From contig NC_045697.1 of NCBI RefSeq assembly GCF_009834535.1, positions 120,282,001 to 120,346,000 on the forward strand: a stretch of 64,000 nucleotides of DNA. The letters run 5' to 3'. Under the pieces are notes generated by a model, which was not told where the DNA came from, ran no database searches, and saw nothing but the letters and a program-made list of their open reading frames with translations. This stretch comes from Camelus ferus. Its lineage: Eukaryota. Position numbers and translations under genes: made by a program. This document shows positions 39,201-50,300 of this stretch, one piece after another (within the stretch, counting starts at the first letter, position 1; each line of letters starts with the position of its first letter).

Positions 39201-41727
39201 CCAGCGCAAGCGCAGCATTCCCTAGAAGGCCGGCCTGGGAATACAATTAGGGATAATAAGCCAGTGGTTCTATTGGTACTCAGGTGTTGCAGAATATTTT
39301 AGGATACTCCACACACCCAGGAAAAGAGAACACTTCTTTGTGTATCTCATGCAGTTTGGTAAACAAACTCCACGAGTGTTTTAGGGGGTTTAGGTGTTCC
39401 TAGTTTGTGGGAGTAAAGGTAATTCCCTCCAATGCCCATGGGAAGGCACTCGCTCCTGCTTGGCTTTCCAGCCCAACCCCCAGCTTTCCCTCTCAGCCCG
39501 GCGTGGGAAAACACTCAGGGATAATATGCTATTGGTTGTATTGGAACCCAGTCACTACATAAAATTATAGGCTCCTTCCCACATCTGGGATAACAGAAGA
39601 AAACTTTGTGTGTCTGATGGAGATGGGTAAAAAAACTCCACGCATGTTTCAGGGGGCACAGGTGTTCCAAGGCTGTGGGAAGTCGGAAAATTACCTCAAA
39701 TTCTCATGGCGAGTATCTCACTGCTGCTACGAATTACAGCCAAACCCACAGCTTTACGACACAGCTAGGCGTGTGAAAACACTCACGGAAAAGAAAAGAC
39801 TGGTGCTATTAGAACCCAGGCTCAGCTGATATTTGTAGAATCCTCCCCACACTCACGATAGCAGAACACATGTTTTTGTGTGTGATGGTGTAGAAAAATA
39901 AACTCCAGGCATATTTCCGGGGGTACAGCTCTTCCCAGGTTGGAGATGTCGCCTAATTAACTCCACTGCCAATGGGGAGGCAATCTATACTTCTTCGATT
40001 TGCAGACCATCTCCCAAATTTCCCTTACAGCCCGGTCTAAGAAAACACCTAGTGAAGACAATATTAGTGCTTCTATCAGAAAACTGGCGCTGCTGTCTGT
40101 TCGAGGTACAACACAGACTCAAAATTCCGGAGCAAGAATTGGCTTGGCGGAGGTGTGGAGCCCCACACCACACAGAAGACTGGGGTCCTAGATTTTCCTT
40201 GTGTATGAGATGTCTGCTAATTTCCTCTACAGTCAATCTCTGGGCACTCGTTGCTACTTGGCTTTCTAGCCGAACCCACATTTTTCCCTCGCAGCCTGCC
40301 CTGGAAATCACTCAGAGATAATAAGTTAATGGTTCTATTGGAACACAAGCACTGCAGACTGTTGTAGGAACCTCCACACAGGCAAGATAACAGAAAAATT
40401 TTTTTTGTGTCTCATTGAGATGGTAAAAGCTCCATGCATGTTTCAGAGTGTACTCGTGTTCCTAGGTTGTGGGATATCAGATACATCCCACTACCCCCCA
40501 TGGGGTAGTACTAAATCCTGCTTGGCTTTCTAGCCCATGCCCCAGTATCCTATGCAACCAACCTGAGAAAACAATCAGGAAATGTAGCTAAATTTTATAT
40601 CAGAAAGAAAGTGCTGCAGTCTGTTGTAGGAAATTCCACACACACAGGATACCCCAACACGGATTTGCTTGGAAGAGTATTGAAGCCCCAATCCACACAC
40701 ATGGCTGGGGGCACAAGTTTTTCCCTGTTAGGGAGAAGTGCACTAATTAGCTCTACAATCCATCTCCGGCACCCGCTGCTACTTGGAATTCCAGACCAAC
40801 CTCCATGATTCCCTTGCAGCCCGGCCTAGGGTAAAACAGAGTGAAAAAAAGATATTGGTGCTATTCGAACCCATGCCCTGCTGACAATTGTGGAAATCTT
40901 CGAACACTCAGGATAACAGAACATAACTTTCTGTGTGTGATGGAGTAGGAAAACACACTCCAGGAATTTTTCTGGGGATCCAGGTTTTCCCTGGTTGGGA
41001 GATGTCGGCTAATTACATCCAGGGTGCATATTGGGGCACTCGCTTCTTCTTAGATTTTCAGTCTATCCCCCAGTTTTCCCTCCCAGCCCGGACTTGTAAA
41101 ACACTCAGTGATAATAAGCTAGGTTTCTATTGGAACCCAGGTGCTGCAGACAATTGTAGGAACCTCCCCACACTCAGAATAACAGAACAATAATTTGAGT
41201 GCCTGATTTAGATGGGTAAACTAAATCCACGCATGTTTCAGGTTGTATAGGCGTTCCTAGGTTGTGGGAGGTCGGATATTTACATCCACTGTCCATGGGG
41301 AATCCCTTGCAGTTGCTTGGATTCCAGCCCAATCCCCAGCGTTCCCTTGCATTCCGGCCTGTGAAAACACTCAGGGAAAAAAGCTACAGATTCTATAACA
41401 ACTTAGGCGCTCCTGACAGTTGTAGATACTTCCCTAACTAAGGAAAACAGAACACATCTTTGTGTGTGTGATGGAGTAGGAAAATACAGTAAGGCATATC
41501 CCTGGGGTGCAGGTGTTCGCAGGATGGGAAATGTTGGCTAATTACCTCCACTGTCCATGGGGAAGCACTCTCTTCTTCTTCGATATCCCACCCTAATCCT
41601 AGCATTCCCTAGCAGCCCGAACGTGGAAAACACCCAGGGATGACAAACTAAATCATTCTATCAGAACCAGTGAGCTGCTGTATGTTGGAGGAACCTCCAA
41701 ACTCTCAAGATTAAGAAACACGTCTTT
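33246..41727. repeat. Truncated HOR variants: 5-mer, 10-mer, 5-mer, 12-mer
   Basis: E3 starts at 33246, 34574, 37214, 38542 and 41728. Spacings of 1328, 2640, 1328 and 3186 bp correspond to about 5, 10, 5 and 12 monomers. Confidence 0.8.
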
Positions 41728-44700
41728 GCTTAGTGGGAATTGTGAAGCCACACTCCACACACATTGCTGAGGGCACAAGTTTTTCCCTGTTACGTAGAAT
41801 TCCGCTAATTACCTCTACAGGCCATCGTGGGGCACTCGCTGCTACTTGGATTTCCATTCCAACCCCCAGGATTGCCTTGCAGCCTGTCCTGGGGTAACAC
41901 ACAGGGAAAAGAATCTACTGGTGCTATTGGAACACAAGCGCTGCTGAAAATTGTGGAAAACTTCGAACACTCATGATAACAGAGCACATCTTTCTCTGTG
42001 TGATGGAGTAGAAAAACACAGTACAGGCATTTTTCTGGGGATCCAGTTTTTCCCAGGTTGGTAGATGTCAGCTAGATTCCTTCACTGCCCATGGGAATGC
42101 GTTGACTTCTTCTTTGTTTTCAAGCCCAACTCCCAACTTTCCCTTTAATCCCGGTCTTGGATTATACCCAGGGATGACACTGTAAGTGATTTTATCAGAA
42201 CTACGATGCTGCAGTCTTTTTTAGGAACTTCCAGAACCTTTAGATTCTGGATCACGGCTATGCTTGTGGGTAGCTTTGGAGACCCACACCACAGAGATGG
42301 CTGGGGGCACAGGTTTTTCCCTGTTAGGGAGATGTCCGCTAATTACCTCCACAGTCCATCTCGGGTCACTCGCTGCTACATGGCTTTCCAGCGCAAGCGC
42401 AGCATTCTCTCTCAGGCCGGCCAGGGAAAACAATCATGGATAATAAACCAGTGGTTCAATTGGAACCCAGGTGTTGCAGAACATTGTAGGATACTCCCCA
42501 CACCCAGGAAAAGAGAACACTTCTTTGTGTGTCTCATGTAGTTTGGTAAACATACTCCACGCATGTTTCAGGGGTTTAAGTTGTTCCAAGATAGTGGGAG
42601 TTCGGGTAATTCCCTCCAATGCCCATGGGGAGGCACTCGCTCCTTCTTGGTATTCCAGCCCAACCCTCAGCAATCCCTCTCAGCTCGTCCTGGGAAAACA
42701 CTCAGTGATAATATTCTATTGGTTGTATTGGAACCCAGACGCTACCTACCATTGTAGGCTCCTTCCCAAATCTGGGATATCAGAAGGAATCTTTGTGTGT
42801 CTGATGGAGTTGGGTAAACAAACTCCATGCATGTTTCAGGGGGCACAGGTGTTCCAAGGCTGTGGGACGTCGGAAAATTACCTCAAATTCTCATAGGGAG
42901 TATCTCACTGCTGCTACGAATTACAGCCAAACCCACAGATTTACCTCGCAGCTAGGCGTGTGAAATCACTCACGGAAAAGGAAATACTGGTGCTATTAGA
43001 ACACAGGCGCTGCTGATATTTGTAGAATCCTCACCAAACTCAGGATAGCAGAACACATGTTTTTGTGTGTGATGGTGTAGAAAAATAAACTCCAGGCATA
43101 TTTCTGGGGGTACAGCTGTTCCCAGGTTTGGAGATCTCGCCTAATTAACTCCACTGCCAATCGGGAGGCAATCTATACTTCTTCGCTTTGCAGACCATCT
43201 CCCAAATTTTCCTTACAGCCCGGCCTAAAAAACACTTAGGGATGACAATATTAGTGATTCTATGAGAAAACAGGCGCTGCTGTCTTTTGGAGGTACAACA
43301 CAGACTCAAAATTCCGGAGCAAAGATTTGCTTGGGGGAGGTGCGGAGCCCCAAACCACACAGATGGCTGGGGTCACAGATTTTCCTTGTTTATGAGAAGT
43401 CTGCTAATTACCTCAACAGTCAATCTCTGGTACTCGTTGCTTCTTGGATTTCCAGGTGAACCCCCAACATTCCCTCGCAGCCAGCCCTATGAAACACTAA
43501 GAGATAATAAGTTAATGGTTCTATTGGAACACAAGCACTGCAGACCGTTGTAGGAACCTCCACACACGCAGGATAACAGAAAAATTTTTTGTGTCTCATT
43601 GTGATGGTAAAAGCTCCACGCATGTTTCAGGGTGTACTGGTGTTCCTTGGTTGTTGGTGGTCAGATACATCCCACTACAGCCCATGGGGTAGAACTCGCT
43701 CCTGCTTTGCTTTCCATCCCATCCCCCAGTTTCTTTGGCAACCCAGCCTGAGGAAACTATCAGGAAATGTAGCTAAATTTTCTATCAGAACCCCGGTGCT
43801 ACAGTCTGTTTTAGGAACTTCCACACACACAGGATTCCCAAACACGGCTTTGCTTGGAAGAGTTTTGAAGCCCCAATCCACACACACGGCTGGGGGCACA
43901 AGATTTTCCCTGTTAGGGAGAAGTCCGCTAATTAGCTCTACAGTCCATCTCCGGCAAACGCTGCTACTTGGAATTCCAGCCCACCCCCATGTTTCCCTTG
44001 CAGCCTGGCCTGGGCTAACACAGAGTGAAAAGATGCTTCTTGTGCTATTCGAACCCATGCCCTGCTGACAACTGTGGAAATCTTCGAACACTCAGGATAA
44101 CAGGACATATCTTTCTGTGAGTGATGGGGTAGGAAAACACACTCCAGGCATTTTTCTGGGGATCCAGGTTTTCCCAGGATTGGAGATATCGGCTAGATTC
44201 CTTCAGTTCCCATGGGGTGGCACTGCATTCTTCTTCATTTTCAAGCCCAAATCCCAGCTTTCCCTTGCAGCCCGGACAAGTGAAACACCCATGGATGACA
44301 AATAAGTGATTCTATCAGAACCCCAGCGTTGCTGTCTGTTGGAGGAAACTCCAAACTTTCAGGATTCTGGAAAAAGTCTTTGAGTGTGGGGAGTTGTGGA
44401 TCCCCAATCCACGCAGATGAATGGGGTCACAGATTTGTCCCTATTAGGGAGAGTCCGCTAATTTCCTCCACAGTGCATCTTGGGGCACTCGCTGCTTCTT
44501 AGATTTTCAGTCTTTCCCCCAGTTTTCCCTCGCAGCCGGGCATTGTAAAACACTCAGTGATAATAAGCTAGGTTTCTTTTGGAACCCAGGTGCTGCAGAC
44601 AATTGTAGGAAAATCCCCTCACTCAGAATAACAGAACAATTCTTTGAGTGTCTGATTTAAATGGGTAAACTGAATCCACGCATGTTTCAGGTTGTATAGG

Positions 44701-46767
44701 CGTTCCTAGGTTGTGGGAGGTCGGATATTTACATACACTGTCCATGGGGAGTCCCTTGCAGTTGCTTGGATTCCAGCCCAAACCCCAGCATTCTCTCGCA
44801 TCCCGTCCTGTGAAAACACTCAGGGAAAATAAGCTACAGATTCTATAAGAACTAAGGCACTCCTGACAGATTTAGAAACCTCCCTACACTAAGGAAAACA
44901 GAACACAGCTTTGTGTGTGTGATGGAGTAGAAAACACAGTAAGGCATGTCTCTGGGGTGCAGGTGTTCGCAGGATGGGAAATGTTGGCTAACTACCTCCA
45001 CTGCCCTTGGGGAAGCAGTGTCTTCTTCTTCGATATCCAGCCCTAATTCTAGCATTCCCTTGCAGCCCGACCGTGGAAAACACCCAGGGATGACAAACTA
45101 AATCATTCTATCAGAACCAGGGCGCTGCTGTATGTTGGAGGAACTTCCAAACACTCACTATTCCGGAACACGGATTTACTTTGGGCGAATTGTGAAGCCC
45201 CAAAGCACACTCATTGCTGGGGCCCAAGATTTTCCCTTTTAGGTCCAAGTCCGCTAATTACCTCCATAGTCCATCTCCAGACACTCGCTTCTACTTGGAA
45301 TTCCAACCCAAACCGAAGCTTTCCCTCGCAGACCGGCCGGGTAAAGCACACAGGGAAAATATGTTATTGGTTGTAATGAAACCCAGTCTCAACCTACCGT
45401 TGTAGGAACCTTCCCACAACTAGGGTAAAATAAGAAACATTTGTGTGTCTGATGGTGATGGGTAAACAAACTCCAAGTATGTATCAGGGGGCTTAGTTGT
45501 TCCAAGGTTGTGGGACTTCGGAAAATTTCCTCAAATTCTCATGGGGAGTATCTCGATGCTTCTACGAATTACAGCCCTGCCCACAGCTTTACCTCGCAGC
45601 CAGGCCTGTGAAAACACTCACGGAAAACAAAATACTGGTGCTTCTAGAACCCAGGCGCTGCTGAAATTTGTAGAATCCTCCCCACACTCAGGATAGCAGA
45701 ACAAATATTTGTGTGTGTGATGGTGTAGGAAAATACACTCCAGGAATGTTTCTGGGGGTACAGCTGTTCCCAGGTTTGGAGATGTCGCCTAATTACCTCC
45801 ATTTCAAATGGGGAGGCACTCTATACTTCTTGGCTTTCCAGACAAACTCCCAGCTTTCCTTTGAATCCCGGCCTAAGGAAACACATTGGGATGACAATAT
45901 TAGTGATTCTATCAGAAACACCACTCTGCTGCCTGTTGGAGGTACAACACACAATCAAAATACCGGAACATGGGTTTGCTTGCTGGAGGTGTGGAGAACA
46001 ACACCACAAGAAGCCTGGGGGCACAGTTTCTCTCTGTCTGGGAGAAGCCCGCTAATTACCTCTACAGTCAATCTCTGGGCAATCCTGGCTACTTGGATTT
46101 CCAGCCGAACCCCCAGTTTCCCTCGCAGCCCGCCCTTAAAAAACACTAAGAGATTATAAGCTAGTGGTTCTATTGGAACCCAGGCACTGCAGACATTTGT
46201 AGGAAGCTCCGCACACGCAGGATGACAAAACACTTTTTTTCTGTCTGATTGAGATGGTAAAAACCCCACGCATGTTTCCGGGGGTACAGGTTTTCCTAGG
46301 TTGGGGTAGTTGGATTATTCCCATTAAAGCCCATGGGGAGGTAATCGTTCCTGCTTGCATTTCCATCCCATCCCCCAGTTTCCCTTGCAACCCAGCCAGA
46401 TAAAACAGTCAGGAAATTTAGCTAAAGTTTCTATTAGAACCCAGGCACTGCTGAAAGATGTAGAAACCTCCCCGTACACAGGGTAACAGAACACATCTTT
46501 GTGTGTGTGATGGACTAGGAAAACTCACTCCATGCATGTTTCTGGGGTGCAGGTGTAACCAGGCTGTGTGTCGTTGGCTAAGTATCTCCAGAGCCCATGG
46601 GGAGACACTCTGTTTTTCTTCATTTTCCAGCCCTACTCACAGCTTTCCCTTGAAGACCGGGTTAGGAAAACACCCAGGGATGACAAACTAATTGATTCTA
46701 TCAGAACCCCGGCGCTGCTGTCTGTTGGAGGAACCTCCACACACACAGGATTAACATACTCTTATTT
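41728..46767. repeat. 19-monomer HOR unit (5,040 bp), copy 2
   Basis: Approximate monomer starts: E3 41728, F2 41996, L 42262, M 42527, N 42795, A2 43063, B2 43329, C2 43589, E1 43852, F 44115, G 44382, H 44646, I 44913, J 45178, K 45443, A 45711, B 45978, C 46240, D 46501; next E3 at 46768. Confidence 0.88.
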
Positions 46768-47309
46768 GCTTGGGGGAATTGTGAAGCCCCACTCCTCACA
46801 CATGGCTGAGGGTATAAGTTTTTCCCTGTTAGGTAAAAGTCCGCTAATTACCTCTACAGACCATCGTGGGGCACTCGCTGCTACTTGGATTTCCATCCCA
46901 AACCCCAGGATTCCCTTGCAGCCCGGCCTGGGGAAACACACAGGGAAAAGAACCTACTGGTGCTATTAGAACAAATGCGCTGCTAACAATTGTGGAAAAC
47001 TTCGAACACTCATGATATAGAGCACATCTTTCTGTGTGTGATTTAGTAGTAAACCACACTCCAGGCATTTTTCTGGGGATCCAGTTTTTCCCAGGTTGGG
47101 AGATGTCGGCTAGATTCCTTCACTGCCCATTGGGATGCATTGATTTCTTCTTCGTTTTCAAGCCCATCTCCCAACTTTCCCTTGCAACCCGGTCTAGGAT
47201 TATACCCAGGGATGACAGTCTAAGTGATTTAATAAGAATTACCATGCTGCTGTCACTTTTAGGAACTTCCAGACACTTAGGATTCTGGATCACGGCTATG
47301 CATGGAGGG

Positions 47310-50300
47310 AGCTTTGGAGACCCACACCACAGAGATGGCTGGGGGCACAGGTTTTTCCTTGTTAGGGAGATGTCCGCTAATTACCTCCACAGTCAATCTT
47401 GGGTCACTCACTACTACATGGTTTTCCAGCGCAAGCGCAGCATTCCCTCGCAATCCGGCCTGGGAAAACAATCAGGGATAATAAGCCAGTGTTTCTATTG
47501 GAACCCAGGTGTTGCACAACATTGTAGGATACTCCCCACACCCAGGAAAAGAGAACACGTCTTTGTGTGTCTCATGCAGTTTGGTAAACAGACTCCACAA
47601 TTGATTCAGGTGGTTTAAGTGTTCCTAGATATTGGGAGTTCGGGTAATTCCCTCCAATGCCCATGGGAAGTCACCCGCTCCTGCTTGGCTTTCCAGCCCA
47701 ACCCCCAGCTTTCCCTCTCAGCCCGGCCTGGGATAACACTCAGGGATCATATGCTATTGGTTGTATTGGAACCCAGTCGCTACCTAAGTTTGTAGGCTCC
47801 TTCCAACATCTGGGATACAGAAGAAATCTTTGTGTGTCTGATGGAGATGGGTAAACAAACTCCACGCATTTTTCAGGGGGCACAGATGTTCCAAGGCTGT
47901 GGGACGTCGGAAAATTACATCAAATTCTCATGGGGAGTATGTCACTGCTGCTACGTGTTACAGCCAAACCCACAGCTTTACCTCGCAGATAGGCGTTTGA
48001 AAACACTCACGGAAAGGAAATACTGGTGCTATTAGAACCCAGGCACTGCTGATATTTGTAGAATCCTCCCCAAACTCAGGATAGCAGAACACATCTTTGT
48101 GTGTGTGATGGTGTAGAAAAATAAACTCCAGTCATTTTTCTGGTGGTACAGCTGTTCCCAGGTTTGGAGATGTCGCCTAATTAACTCCACTGCCAATGGG
48201 GAGGCAATCTATACTTCTTTGGTTTGCAGACAATCTCCCAAATTTACCTTACAGCCCGGCCTAAAAAACACCTAGCGATGGCAATATTATTGATTCTATG
48301 AGAAAACAGGCGGTGCTGTCTGTTGAAGGTACAACACAGACCCAAAATTCCGGAGCAAGGATTTGCTTGGGGGAGGTGTGGAGACCAACACCACAAGATG
48401 ACTGCGGGCACAGTTTCTCTTTGTCTGGGAGAAGTCCACTAATTACCTCTACAGTCAGTCTCTGGGCACTCGTTGCTACTTGGATTTCCAGCCGAACACC
48501 CAGCTTTCCCTCGCAGCCCGCCCTGGAAAACACTCAGAAGTAATTAGTTTATGGTTCTATTGGAACACAAGCACTGCAGACCTTTGTAGGAATCTCTGCA
48601 CATGCAGGATAACAGAAAATTTTTTTGGGTCTCATTGAGATGGTAAAAGCTCCACGCATGTTTCAGGGTGTACTGGTGTTCCTAGGTTTTTGGGAGGTCA
48701 GATACATCCCACTACAGCCCATGGGGAAGTACTCACTCCTGCTTGGATTTCCATCCCATCCCCCAGTTTTATGGCAACCCAGTCTGAGGAAACTATCAGG
48801 AAATGTAGCTAAATTTTCTATCAGAACCACGGTGATGCAGTCTGTTTTAGGAACTTCCACACACACAGGATTCCCAAACACGGCTTTGCTTGGAAGAGTT
48901 TTGAAGCCCCAAACCACACACATGGCTGGGGGCACAAGTTTTTCCCTGTTAGGGAGAAGTCCGCTAATTAGCTCTATAGTCCATCACTGGCACATGCTGC
49001 TACTTGGAATTCCAGCCCAACCCCCAAGTTTCCCTTGCAGCCTGGCCTGGGCTAACACAGAGGGAAAAGAAGCTATTGGTGCTATTCGATCCCATGCCCT
49101 GCTTACAATTGTGGAAACCTTCGAACACTCAGGATACCAGAACATATCTTTCTGTGAGTGATGGAGTAGGAAAACACACTCCAGGCATTATTCTGGGGAT
49201 CCAGGTTTTCCCAGGATTGGAGATATCGGCTAGATTCCTTCAGTTCCCATGGGGTGGCACTGCATTCTTCTTCATTTTCAAGCCCAAATCCCAGCTTTCC
49301 CTTGCAGCCCGGACAAGTGAAACACCCATGGATGACAAATAAGTGATTCTATCAGAACCCCGGCGTTGCTCTCTATTGGAGGAACCTCCAAACCTTCAGG
49401 ATTCTGGAACAAGTCTTTGAGTGTGGGGAGTTGTGGATCAACAATCCACTCAGATGGATGGGGTCACAGATTTGTCCCTATTAGGGAGAAGTCCGCTAAT
49501 TACCTCCAAAGTGCATCTTGGGGCACTCGCTGCTTCTCAGATTTTCAGTCTATCCCCCAGTTTTCCCTCGCAGCCCGGCATTTTAAAACACTCAGTGATA
49601 ATAATCTAGGTTTCTTTTGGAACCCAGGTGCTGCAGACAATTGTAAGAACATCCCCACACTCAGAATAACAGAACAATTCTTTGAGTGACTGATTTAGAT
49701 GGGTAAACTGAATCCACGCATGTTTCAGTTTGTATAGGAGTTCCTAGGTTGTGGGAGGTCGGATATTTACATCCACTGTCCATGGGGTGTCCCTTGCATT
49801 TGCTTGGATTCCAGCCCAACCCCCAGCGTTCCCTGGCATCCCGGCCTGTGAAAACACTGAGGGAAATTAAGCTACAGTTTCTATAAGAACTAAGGCGCTC
49901 CTGACAGGTTTAGAAACCTCCCTACACTAAGGAAAACAGAACACAGCCTTGTGTGTGTGATGGAGTAGGAAAACACAGTAAGGCATGTCTCTGGGGTGCA
50001 GGTGTTCGCAGGATGGGAAATGTTGCGTAATTATCTCCACAGCCCGTGGGGAATCAGTGTCTTCTTCTTCGATATCCCGCCCTAATTCTAGCATTCCCTT
50101 GCAGCCCCACTGTGGAAAAAACCCAGGGATGAAAAACTAAATCATTCTATCAGAACCAGGGCGCTGCTGTATGTTGGAGGAACCTCCAAACTCTCAGGAT
50201 TCCGGAACACGGATTTGCTTTGTGTGAATTGTGTAGCCCTACAGCACACTCCTTGCTGGGGCCCAAGATTTTCCCTTTTATGGCCAAGTCCGCTAATTAC

